This document shows, piece by piece, positions 1-8,855 of a stretch of 64,000 nt of DNA. A model generated the notes under the pieces. The model did no database searches. It had not been told where the DNA came from and was given only the letters and a program-made list of their open reading frames with translations. The stretch's first letter is position 1. Every line of letters begins with the position of its first letter. The translations under genes and the position numbers were made by a program. Origin of the DNA: an uncultured Gemmatimonadaceae bacterium (GTDB taxonomy: Bacteria > Gemmatimonadota > Gemmatimonadetes > Gemmatimonadales > Gemmatimonadaceae); contig CAVVTZ010000007.1 of assembly GCA_963751275.1 (NCBI GenBank), forward strand, positions 64,001 to 128,000, given 5' to 3'.

Positions 1-2032
1 CGAGCGTGATCGTGCGCGGAGCGCCGGCACGCAGCATCACCGCGGGGCGCTCGCGTTCCGAGGCCCATGGGCTGCGGAGCGTGTACGACCGCGGCGCGCC
101 GTCCGGGAGTTCGAACGCCGTGGCGGCGTCGATCGCGATCGTCTGCCGTTTGTCGGCGGGGTTCCGGAGCGTGAGCGTCGCGGCGCCGGGCGACCAGGCG
201 GCCCAGCCGTACGGTTCGAGCTTCCCGGGATCGCCGCCCACCCAGTGCGTGTCGACGAGCGTGCCGGCGTGCGCCCGCGACCAGCGCGCGCACTCGGCGA
301 TCGTGTCCCAGTCGGCGTCGCTGAGCAGCGAGGGCGTGATGTACATCTCCTGCAGCTGCGTGCCGGTGCCGAAATACGAGCGCGCCTCATCGCGGAAGTC
401 CGATTGCGGATCGGCGTCGAGACAATGCGCGTGCTTGGCGTAGATCATTCCGTGCAGCATCAGCGAATTGATCGGATAGAGCGGCCCGCTCCGCACGATC
501 CCCGCGTAGGTGTCCGCATCGCGGTACGTGATCCACTGCTGGCGCATCGAGCCGACGCCGGCGAACTCGTGATCCTCGCCCCCGCGCCAGATCGCATCGC
601 TGTAGCGGAGCCAGAAGGGCGACGGGTACGTGCCCGTGGTCAGATTCACGAACAGATCCGGCTCTTCGGCGCGGAGATCGCCGATGAGCGCGATCGCCGC
701 ATCGAAATCGCTGTCGAACACGCTGCCCGGGAACGCGCTCGCGGCGTTGCCGGTGCCGTCGATCTTGAACTGGTTCACGCCGTAGCGGCGGATCATGTCG
801 AGGCAGGTGTCGTGGAAGCGCTGGTAATACTTGGGGCCGGACAACTGAAAGCCGCCCGCGTTCGTCTCGAATCCCTGCGCGCTGCCGGCCGCGATGCGCG
901 CCTTCTTGGGGTCGCCGTACCCGCCCCACGGCGACATCCAGACGCCGGGCGCCGCGCCGTAGCGCGCGGTCGCATCGCGCACCCGCGCGAATCCCTGCGG
1001 GAATCCTGAGTGGAACCCCCAGAGCGACGCCGGATCATCCCACCCATCATCGAACAGGAACGAGCTGAGCACGACCTTTCGCCGCTGCTGCAACTCCGTG
1101 CCGTACGCCGCGATCACCGCGAGCGCATCGGCTTCGTCGTACTTCGAGAAGTACCCGATGTCGTACCAGGAGTTGTAGTGCAGGAAGGTGCGGTACGGAT
1201 GCGCGCGCTCACGCTCGACATAGCCGAGGAAGTCGCGCCGCAGTTGGCCCGTGCGCGTCACGCCGGCCACCGAGCTCGCGGTGAACGATGCGCCGGGACG
1301 CAGCGGCAGTTCGCGCGCGAGCGAGCAACGGGCGCGCCCGGCATCCACGGTGCTCGTCGAGAGCGGATGTTCGAACGCCGTGAACGCGCCGCCCGCGACC
1401 ACCGGGCTCCCTTTCACCGTGCCAACGACCGAGGCGCCTGGCATGGCAATGTCCACGAGTACGATCTCCTGCACCGGCAGCGGATCCTTCAGCGCGCTGA
1501 ACGTGATCTCCTGGCGCAGATAGCGCGACCCATCGCGCAGCACACCGCGCCAGGTGGCTTCCACGCGCTCGTCGGCGTCCCGCAGCGTCACCGACACCTG
1601 CCAGCCCGCGAACCGCTCGGCGAGCCGCGATGCGTTCGCGCGCGCCACCAACCGTTCCGCGTGCGGGCCGGATACGACGCGCATCGCATCCGAGCCAAGG
1701 CGCGCACCGCCGGCCAACACGAGCGTGAACGGCGCCGGCGCCGGCGTGAGCGTTACGCCAGCCAGCTGGTCCACGATCTCACGCGCCTGGAAGACGCCAC
1801 CGCTCAGGTTCCAGACGCCACGGATCTCGGCGTTGCCGAGCATGAGCCGGCCGTCATGATAGGAGTAGGATGCGGTGAGCGGACCGGCCGCCGCGTTCTC
1901 GAGGAGCTGGGCGACGGGCAGCGCACCGGAGCGCGCGGCGCCGATGCCGGCGCCGAAAAGCGCGCTCCGCTCAAGGAAGGACCGGCGGGAGATCTCCTGC
2001 GACGGCGCGTTCGGCGGATCGATCGGGCTCAC
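1..2032 (-). CDS. Tat-exported glycoside-hydrolase-like protein (GH36/alpha-galactosidase-like TIM barrel, often labelled 'enterotoxin'); 3' end runs off the window
   Basis: Absent from the ORF track because no stop lies in the window. Manual translation from GTG 2032 (RBS GAGG upstream) gives MSPIDPPNAPSQEISRRSFL (twin-arginine signal), then FLHYNSWYDIG, FLFDDGWDD, GVWMSPWGGY and FKIDG. Confidence 0.75.
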   Translation of the reverse strand, partial: MSPIDPPNAPSQEISRRSFLERSALFGAGIGAARSGALPVAQLLENAAAGPLTASYSYHDGRLMLGNAEIRGVWNLSGGVFQAREIVDQLAGVTLTPAPAPFTLVLAGGARLGSDAMRVVSGPHAERLVARANASRLAERFAGWQVSVTLRDADERVEATWRGVLRDGSRYLRQEITFSALKDPLPVQEIVLVDIAMPGASVVGTVKGSPVVAGGAFTAFEHPLSTSTVDAGRARCSLARELPLRPGASFTASSVAGVTRTGQLRRDFLGYVERERAHPYRTFLHYNSWYDIGYFSKYDEADALAVIAAYGTELQQRRKVVLSSFLFDDGWDDPASLWGFHSGFPQGFARVRDATARYGAAPGVWMSPWGGYGDPKKARIAAGSAQGFETNAGGFQLSGPKYYQRFHDTCLDMIRRYGVNQFKIDGTGNAASAFPGSVFDSDFDAAIALIGDLRAEEPDLFVNLTTGTYPSPFWLRYSDAIWRGGEDHEFAGVGSMRQQWITYRDADTYAGIVRSGPLYPINSLMLHGMIYAKHAHCLDADPQSDFRDEARSYFGTGTQLQEMYITPSLLSDADWDTIAECARWSRAHAGTLVDTHWVGGDPGKLEPYGWAAWSPGAATLTLRNPADKRQTIAIDAATAFELPDGAPRSYTLRSPWASERERPAVMLRAGAPRTITL

Positions 2033-2092
2033 AGCGGTCCTCGAGTGGGGGCGGCGTCCAGAGAGGATGGCGCACGAGAGGGCCGGATACAA

Positions 2093-2121
2093 GAATGGCG
2101 GGGCAATTTGCCCCGCCATTC
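2093..2121. terminator. Intrinsic terminator-like hairpin
   Basis: GAATGGCGGGGC-AATTT-GCCCCGCCATTC, a perfect 12-bp stem. Confidence 0.6.
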
Positions 2122-2146
2122 ACTTTTCGACCCTCGCGTCGCCGGG

Positions 2147-2413
2147 CTACCGCGGACGGTACGGCAGGTGCATCGCGCGCCGTGCGAGCACGGCCCCGTA
2201 GTATTCGAGGATCCGCGTCTGCACCGAGTTGCGCGTGTCGCCGGACACGGCCCGGAACGGCGCGTACCGCTGCCGGTCCGAGGTGACGCCGAACCACCAC
2301 CATGCATCGCTCGCGGCCGCTTCGCGCTCTTCGACGGTGCACGTATACTTCCGGCCGCTATCCTCGAACTCGAATCCGTTGATCATCCAGCGCTCCGCGC
2401 AGTGGTGGGACAT
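2147..2413 (-). CDS. Small hypothetical protein (start may be 2386)
   Basis: ORF with protein-like composition (WWWFGVTSDRQRYAPF); fills the gap between the tRNA and the hairpin. Confidence 0.55.
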   Translation of the reverse strand: MSHHCAERWMINGFEFEDSGRKYTCTVEEREAAASDAWWWFGVTSDRQRYAPFRAVSGDTRNSVQTRILEYYGAVLARRAMHLPYRPR

Positions 2414-2501
2414 TCAATCTACTCAGATGCGCGCGTCCACGCCGGATGCGGCACGGCCCGCGACTCCTGCGGGGGAGTGGCGGGCCGTGAACGCGGAGCA
2501 A

Positions 2502-2574
<73 letters not shown>

Positions 2575-2634
2575 GCACATTGCAGCAGTGAATCCTAACC
2601 CGCCGACGCACTCCATTCAACTCCGGCACCTCGC

Positions 2635-3465
2635 ATGACGCTCCGGCCGCGCTTCGTTCCGCTCGCGATCGCGCTCACCTTCCTCGCCGGCGCCTGCCGG
2701 CCGGGCGATGGGAGCGCATCCGCACCGCCGGTCGTGACGGTGACCGCGTCGCCGTACCATTTCGACGCCCCCGATACCGTGCCTGCTGGACTCACCACTC
2801 TTCGTCTCGTCACGAAGGGCCCGGAATTGCATCAGCTCGCGCTCATCCGGATCGGCGGCGGGAAGACCTTCGCGCAATTCATGGATCGCCTCAAACAGGC
2901 CGGGCCCCCACCCGATTGGGTCAGCATGGCCGGCGGGGTGGATCCACCGCGCGCGGGCGGGACCGCCGAGGTGACGATGACGCTGGAGCCCGGCACCTAC
3001 GCGATCGTCTGCTTCCTGCAAACAGCGGAGGGACTGCCGCACGTCGTGAAGGGGGAATACCGTGAGCTCACCGTGATCCCGTCGCACGGGTCTTCCGCGG
3101 CGGCGCCCGTCCCCACCGACACGCTCGTCGCGTACGACTACGGGTTCACCACGTCGCGGCCCATCACCGCCGGACACCACACGTTCCTCTTCATCAACAA
3201 GGGACCGCAGGCACATGAGGTCACGGTCGTGCGCCTCGTGCCGGGAAGCTCGGCCGCGGATTATGCGGCGTGGTTCGACCACCAGCAGGGGCCGCCGCCC
3301 GGCGAGCCGCTCGGCGGGGTCTTCACCATGCGCACCGACCAGCGCGCCTTCTTCACCGTGGATTTCACCCCCGGGGAGTACGCGATGCTCTGTTTCAGTC
3401 CGGATGAGAAGGACGGGCTCTCGCACGAATCGCACGGGATGATCCGGCAGATCACCGTGCGGTAG
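2635..3465 (+). CDS. Lipoprotein with two cupredoxin-like domains
   Basis: Lipobox LAGAC; two repeats each with H...YAxxCF...H..G(E/M). Confidence 0.7.
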   Translation: MTLRPRFVPLAIALTFLAGACRPGDGSASAPPVVTVTASPYHFDAPDTVPAGLTTLRLVTKGPELHQLALIRIGGGKTFAQFMDRLKQAGPPPDWVSMAGGVDPPRAGGTAEVTMTLEPGTYAIVCFLQTAEGLPHVVKGEYRELTVIPSHGSSAAAPVPTDTLVAYDYGFTTSRPITAGHHTFLFINKGPQAHEVTVVRLVPGSSAADYAAWFDHQQGPPPGEPLGGVFTMRTDQRAFFTVDFTPGEYAMLCFSPDEKDGLSHESHGMIRQITVR

Positions 3466-3468
3466 GTA

Positions 3469-3867
3469 CTACTTCGGTTTCGTCCCGTGCCGCGCGGTGA
3501 TCACCGACTTGATGCCGCCGCGCACGTTGAAGTCGCCCACGACCTCCATCCACCGCGGCTGCGCGCGGGCGGCGAGGTCGTCGAGGATGCGGTTCACCGC
3601 GCGCTCGTAGAAGATCCCGTCGTTGCGGAAGCTCCAGAAGTAGAGCTTCACGCTCTTGAGTTCGAGACAGAGCTCGCCGGGGATGTACGTAACCACGATC
3701 GTCCCGAAGTCCGGCGCGCCCCCCTGGAGCAGCGTGAGCTCCGCCGCGTCACTCTCGATGCCGCCCACCGGGCACAGCGAGGTGAACTCGGCGCACTCGA
3801 GCCGGATCTCGTAGTCGCGCTTCGGATGCGGATTCGGGAACGTCTCGAGCAGTTCGGGCTTCGGCAT
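3469..3867 (-). CDS. queF: NADPH-dependent preQ0 reductase (type I)
   Basis: LETFPNP, EFTSLCP...PDF and the QueF motif ELKSVKLYF. Confidence 0.92.
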   Translation of the reverse strand: MPKPELLETFPNPHPKRDYEIRLECAEFTSLCPVGGIESDAAELTLLQGGAPDFGTIVVTYIPGELCLELKSVKLYFWSFRNDGIFYERAVNRILDDLAARAQPRWMEVVGDFNVRGGIKSVITARHGTKPK

Positions 3868-3919
3868 GCGTCAACGATAGGCCGCGCGCGGCGGACGCGC
3901 CACCGCCGCGCGCTCGCGC

Positions 3920-5533
3920 TCAGTGCGCGGGGCCGAGGAGCTTCTGCGCCTGGTCGAACGACTGCGCGGCGAGGAAGACGTCCGGGTCGAGCAGCGCGAC
4001 GAGACGGTAGAAGCCTTCCTCTCCGAACTTCACCTGCGCGACGCGCTTGACGAGCACGCGGTTGAGCAGGCTGTCCGCCTCGGGGCCGGGTGGCACGACG
4101 ATGCCTTCCTTCGCGACGTATTGACGGAATTCCGCGATCGCGGCGTCCGGCATGCGCGGATGCGCCGCGAGCTCGTCGAGCGACGGGAAGAGCGCCGGAT
4201 TAGCGGAGATGTATCCCGGGATCCACTTGATCTGCAGGTCCGACTCGAGAATCCGGTAGTCCCACGCCGGCGCGGTCGGCCGCGGCGCGAAGACGATGTC
4301 GGGGTAGATGCCGCCGCCGCCGTACACCACGCGGCCGTTGTCCGTCTTGCACCATGGCCGGCCCGCGGTGTCACGCGCGGTGCGCGCCATCCGGTAGTAC
4401 TCGCGCCGCGTCATCGCATGGTATTGCCGCTGGATCACGCGGCCGCACGGCGTGCGCACGTGGCCGATCACGAGCTCAATGTATCCGTAGAATTGACTGC
4501 CGTTGCCCAGCGGGAATCCTTGCATCAGCAGCGCTTTCCCGAACGTCGGCTGTCCAACGATCAGCGCGCGATCGTGATCCTGGAGCGCGCCCGCTACCAT
4601 CTCCGATGCGCTGGCGGTCCCATCGTCCACCATCAGCACGATCGGGAATCGCTCCTCGCTCTTCCAGAACGAGCGCTTCACGCGGCCGGTGTCGGTGACC
4701 TCCGACTTCCGTCCTTCGGAGGTGTACACGAGCGAGCCGGATGGAAGGAACTCGCCGGCGACCTTCGCCGCCTCGTCCACGCGGCCTCCGCCATTGGCCC
4801 GGAGGTCGAGCACCAGGCGCTCCATGCCGTGATTCTGGAGCCTTCCGATGGAACGATGGAGATCGTCGGAGATGTCTTCGCCGAGGAAGGTGTTGATGCG
4901 GATGTAGCCGGTCTTGCCATCGAGCATGAACGCGACGGGCACTGAGGTCTCGCCCTTGTCGGGCCGCTCGCGTTTCACGTCGCGGAAGATGGTCGTGATC
5001 GTCCCGTCCACACGGCGGCGCTCGAAGGTCAGTTTGACCACCGACTTCTTGGGACCGCTGAGTTCGAGGTCGAGTTCCTGCTCGCGCTCCGAGGCGACCG
5101 CGCGGCCATCGGCGGCGATGAGTGCGTCGCCGCGCAGGATGTCGAGTTCGGCCGCAGCCGTGCCCGGTGCGATCCCGACCACGATCGGCGTTCCCTCGAT
5201 GAACTCGAAGGTCAGCGGCACGGGGTACAGCTTGCCGTCGCGGTAGGCTCTCTCCTTCTCGGCGGACATCGGCGTGAACCAGACGACGAACGAGTGCGGA
5301 TCCGCGGCGTGCACCATGCCCTCCACCGCCGCCTCGATCAATTCATGCTGGTCGATCGAGTCCGGGTGGTTCACCCGGATCTGATTGAGTACCTGGCTGA
5401 ACATCGCCATGTCCTCGTACGCCGTGCGCGGCCGGGTGATCTTGGTCGCGCTGTCGGGCGCCACCTGTGCCGCAGCGAGACCGGCGCATACCACCGCGGC
5501 GAGTGCGGCCGCCCACGCGAAGGCGTGTCTCAT
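3920..5533 (-). CDS. S41 family carboxyl-terminal protease
   Basis: Signal peptide, DPHS, PDZ-like region, LDLRANGGG, TASASE (catalytic Ser), TFGKA. Confidence 0.9.
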   Translation of the reverse strand: MRHAFAWAAALAAVVCAGLAAAQVAPDSATKITRPRTAYEDMAMFSQVLNQIRVNHPDSIDQHELIEAAVEGMVHAADPHSFVVWFTPMSAEKERAYRDGKLYPVPLTFEFIEGTPIVVGIAPGTAAAELDILRGDALIAADGRAVASEREQELDLELSGPKKSVVKLTFERRRVDGTITTIFRDVKRERPDKGETSVPVAFMLDGKTGYIRINTFLGEDISDDLHRSIGRLQNHGMERLVLDLRANGGGRVDEAAKVAGEFLPSGSLVYTSEGRKSEVTDTGRVKRSFWKSEERFPIVLMVDDGTASASEMVAGALQDHDRALIVGQPTFGKALLMQGFPLGNGSQFYGYIELVIGHVRTPCGRVIQRQYHAMTRREYYRMARTARDTAGRPWCKTDNGRVVYGGGGIYPDIVFAPRPTAPAWDYRILESDLQIKWIPGYISANPALFPSLDELAAHPRMPDAAIAEFRQYVAKEGIVVPPGPEADSLLNRVLVKRVAQVKFGEEGFYRLVALLDPDVFLAAQSFDQAQKLLGPAH

Positions 5534-6783
5534 GGTTTGGTCGAATCCTTCGGCGCGAGCGCGATCAAGCGCTCCTTCGCCTTCGCGACATACTGGTCGT
5601 TCGGCACCGAGAGGCCCAGGTACGACTTGTATTCGGCGCGCGCCTCATCCTGGTACTCCGCCCCGTCGTAGATGAACGCGAGCAGCGCGTGCGGGGCCGC
5701 GAAATAGGGGGCCAGTTTCACCGACTTCTGCAACTGCTCCATCGCCTCGCGGTCGTGCCCGGAGAGGATGAGCGCCCGTCCGTAGAAGAACGCGGTGGCG
5801 GGATCGTCCGGTGACATCTGCGCCGCGAGCTCAAGCTCGCTCAGCGCCTGGGCCGTGTCACCCTTCCCGAGCGCGAGTCCGCTCAATGCGAGATGCGCCG
5901 GTGCGTACGACAGGTCTTCCTCCAGCGCGCGCCCGTAGGCTTCGCGCGCCGAGTCCGGCATGTGTAACTGCTCGAACGTCAGCCCACTCGATTGCTGGAT
6001 GATCGCCTTGGACTCGTACACACGCACCACCCGCTTCTCCTCCGAAACCTGCTTGCCCAACGCGGCCTGCCGCAATTCGACCGACGCGCTCTCATAATTG
6101 CCGGCAAGATAGAAGATCCGCCCGCGCTCCAGATGGATGGACGCGATGGCGTACGCGCGCCGGGATGCGCGGAGTTCCGCGTCCTTCTTCTTCGTGTCGT
6201 TCTTGCCGTCCTTCTCGATCTCGGTGAGCACGGTATCGTAATTCGCGAGAGCGATGTGGAACATGCCGCGGGTATAGGCGCTGACCGCGCGCATCATCGG
6301 GGACGTGTTCCACACGCGTTGCAATGCGACTTCGACCTCGCCGCGCTCGGCGCCCGAGAATCGACTCGAGTACATCTGCTCGACCATCGTTCGCTCCAGG
6401 CGCTCGTACAGGAACGGGTTGAGCGTGAGTGCTCTCAGACGAAGCGAGTCGATGTGTGCGGCTTTCTCGCTCCCTTTGGATCCCTCCTCGCCATTCTCCA
6501 TCGCGTACAGCTCCCCCGGATCCTGGAGCCACTCAGCCACCCACTGGCCATAATATCCGTCCGCCCAGGTCGGATTGATCTGCTGCGCCCAGTAGAACGC
6601 GTCCGACGCCTTGTATGGATCCTCCGCCAGCTTCGAGACGCCGAGGCGCCAGTACGCCTGCGCGTCATTGGTATCCGCCGAAGCTGGCAGCCCGGGACGC
6701 TTCGGAGCCTTCGGCGCTTTCTGCGCACCAGCGGACAACGCGGCGGCCGCCAGTGCGAGCACGAGGAACGCGACACGCTTCAT
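5530..6783 (-). CDS. Secreted TPR-repeat protein
   Basis: Start MKRVAFLVLAL (signal peptide, AGGAGG RBS); multiple TPR-like helices; 4-nt overlap with the S41 gene. Confidence 0.8.
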   Translation of the reverse strand: MKRVAFLVLALAAAALSAGAQKAPKAPKRPGLPASADTNDAQAYWRLGVSKLAEDPYKASDAFYWAQQINPTWADGYYGQWVAEWLQDPGELYAMENGEEGSKGSEKAAHIDSLRLRALTLNPFLYERLERTMVEQMYSSRFSGAERGEVEVALQRVWNTSPMMRAVSAYTRGMFHIALANYDTVLTEIEKDGKNDTKKKDAELRASRRAYAIASIHLERGRIFYLAGNYESASVELRQAALGKQVSEEKRVVRVYESKAIIQQSSGLTFEQLHMPDSAREAYGRALEEDLSYAPAHLALSGLALGKGDTAQALSELELAAQMSPDDPATAFFYGRALILSGHDREAMEQLQKSVKLAPYFAAPHALLAFIYDGAEYQDEARAEYKSYLGLSVPNDQYVAKAKERLIALAPKDSTKP

Positions 6784-6826
6784 GATGACCGAATCCTCCT
6801 TGAGGGAATGCCCACCTCGGTCATGG

Positions 6827-7090
6827 TCATGGTGATCTACCCGTCGCCGTGGCAAGGGCTTCGACGCGTCTCTGGACCCACGGCAGCGATGCCGCACTGC
6901 GCGGCGCGCGTCTCTCGAACTCACGGTACGCGCGCATGGCCGCTTCGGTCCGGCCGCCGGCATCCTCCAGTCGTCCGACGAGTTCGTATGGCGGCGCGTA
7001 ATCAGGGTTCATCGTGATGGCGGTGCGCAGCCGCTGCAACGCATCATCGGCGTGGCCAGAGATGCCCGATACTGGCTCGCCTTCGCACAC
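6827..7090 (-). pseudogene. 5'-truncated TPR paralogue remnant
   Basis: SGHADDALQRLRTAITMNPDYAPPY aligns by eye with SGHDREAMEQLQKSVKLAPYFAAPH at the C-terminus of the adjacent TPR protein; no signal peptide. Confidence 0.5.
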
Positions 7091-7136
7091 AAGTCCAGCG
7101 CACCCGATTAGGGGTATTTCATGCCATGAACAGCCC

Positions 7137-7166
7137 TTTACCGGGACCCTTCCCGCACCGTATTAT
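7137..7166 (+). promoter_or_regulatory. Sigma70-like promoter
   Basis: TTTACC-18 nt-TATTAT. Confidence 0.5.
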
Positions 7167-7171
7167 GAGGC

Positions 7172-7265
7172 AACGGCCGGAGCGCTCTAGCGCCGGTCAC
7201 TGCCGCCGCGGGAACGGCGTGGCGGCATTGCCCCCCGGGGATCTCCCCGGGGGGCTCTTTCTTTC
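7172..7265 (+). ncRNA. Candidate small structured RNA (three hairpins ending in a terminator)
   Basis: Lies downstream of the promoter; stems at 7175-7198, 7201-7227 and 7230-7255, then TCTTTCTTT. Confidence 0.45.
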
Positions 7266-7274
7266 CCGGAGCGG

Positions 7275-8180
7275 TCAGCGGTCGCGCAGCTGCTTCGACA
7301 TCTCCACGAGCAGCATGCGCTCATCGGCCGTCAGGCTGTCGATGCCAAGCCGCGAGATCTTGTCGAGGACGTGATCGAGCTCCTCGGTCTTACGGCGCCC
7401 GACGCGCGTCGCGAGCGGGATGGTGCGCGCCGGCGGCTGCGCGACGGCGGCGTTGCTCCGCGCCACCGCGTCGTCCGCCTCGGAGACGCGTTCACGCGTG
7501 CGCGCCGGCGGACGCGGGATCGCGCGCGGCGGTTCTTCCGGCTCATCCGGTACGCTGGAGACCCGCTGCCGAACGCGATCGAGCCCGGGCGCAGCGGAGG
7601 CGTACAGGAAGATCATTCCCGCCACGAGCCCGCCGAGATGGGCCATGTACGCGACGCCTCCCCCTCCGCTCGCGGTGGTCACGCCGAAGAGCAGATTGAT
7701 GACCGCGAGGAACGCGACGAGCCAACGCACCTTCACCGTGATCATGAACGGGAAGAGCGCGACCTCGTCGTCCGGCCAGCGCACGGCGTAGGCAAGCAGT
7801 ACGCCAAGGATCGCCGCCGATGCGCCAAGCAGATACCCGCCCTGCGAGACGAAGATGACGTGCGCGAGCCAGCCCCCCACCGCGCACCACACGTAGTAGG
7901 CGATGAAGCGCGCTCCGCCCATCGCTTGCTCGACGCGCGGGCCGAACACGAACAGGAGCCAGAGATTCGACAGGATGTGCCAGAACCCGGCGTGCGCGAA
8001 GCTGTACGTGATGATGGTCCACGGCGCCCCGCCGGTGTGCCACGCCAGCGCGCGGATCATGTCGTTGTCGCCGACGAGCGCGATCTGGAGGAAGAACACC
8101 GCGACATTCAGCGCGATGATCGCGCGCACCACCGGCGTCATCGGCGGCGGCAGCCGCTCCTCGACAGTCGTGAAATCCAT
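7275..8180 (-). CDS. Rhomboid intramembrane serine protease with a C-terminal soluble domain
   Basis: HAGFWHILSN, GASAA (catalytic Ser), AHLGG, C-terminal LDHVLDKISRLGIDSLT. Confidence 0.92.
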   Translation of the reverse strand: MDFTTVEERLPPPMTPVVRAIIALNVAVFFLQIALVGDNDMIRALAWHTGGAPWTIITYSFAHAGFWHILSNLWLLFVFGPRVEQAMGGARFIAYYVWCAVGGWLAHVIFVSQGGYLLGASAAILGVLLAYAVRWPDDEVALFPFMITVKVRWLVAFLAVINLLFGVTTASGGGGVAYMAHLGGLVAGMIFLYASAAPGLDRVRQRVSSVPDEPEEPPRAIPRPPARTRERVSEADDAVARSNAAVAQPPARTIPLATRVGRRKTEELDHVLDKISRLGIDSLTADERMLLVEMSKQLRDR

Positions 8181-8192
8181 CCGCGCTCTCCG

Positions 8193-8855
8193 CTACCGCA
8201 CCCCGACCGGACCCTGCACGCGCAGCACGAGCACGACGTCGCGATGGATCGCCATCGCCTGGTCCATCAACGTCGCGTAGCGGCGGTCGAGCGGCTGCTT
8301 CTCGCCGGATGGAGAGGGGTGGAGCACGATCTGCACATCGGGCACGGCGGCATGCGCCTGCTCCACGAGCCGCAAGATCTGGCCGTCGCTCGTCGCGTCG
8401 CGCGGCGAGAGCACCAGCGCGTGCCCGATCTTCGTGCTCGCGGCGCCGCGCAGTGACGACAGCGCGCGCTCGGCGAGGGCCGGCGCATCGCCGAACTCGA
8501 ACGTCACCTGCAACATGGTGAGCGAACCGATCACGGACGCGAGATCGTCGGGGCGCTGGCCGTCGCAGTCGAGCATCACCGGCAGACTCGACTTCCAGCG
8601 CGCGAACGCGTCCGCGATCAGCGGACCGCTCCCGAGCGGGTCGCGCCCCGCGAGCGCGATCGAGTGGAGCGCCGTGTGTCCCACCGCGCGGTCCACCTGC
8701 TTCGCCAGCATCTCGCCGTTGTAGAGCACGGCCGTCTCGGCCTCGCCGGCGAAGCGGACGAAGAGCTGCCGGCGTCCGGTCCAGACGCCTTGGCTCTGAA
8801 TGCCCGGAGTGATCCCCGCGATCGCCGCCGTCGGCCCGGTGCTACGTGCCATCAT
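8193..8855 (-). CDS. QueE-like protein lacking the radical-SAM CxxxCxxC motif
   Basis: GIQSQGVWTGRRQLFVRFAG, HSIALAGRDPL, LPVMLDCDG and IVLHP match the QueE blocks; ATGA overlap with the ddl stop. Confidence 0.7.
   Translation of the reverse strand: MMARSTGPTAAIAGITPGIQSQGVWTGRRQLFVRFAGEAETAVLYNGEMLAKQVDRAVGHTALHSIALAGRDPLGSGPLIADAFARWKSSLPVMLDCDGQRPDDLASVIGSLTMLQVTFEFGDAPALAERALSSLRGAASTKIGHALVLSPRDATSDGQILRLVEQAHAAVPDVQIVLHPSPSGEKQPLDRRYATLMDQAMAIHRDVVLVLRVQGPVGVR

Noticed and set aside
1..2032. Toxin interpretation of the 'enterotoxin'-labelled family
   Set aside because: The motifs (DDGW, KIDG) and the Tat signal fit a periplasmic glycoside hydrolase; nothing in the sequence supports toxicity.
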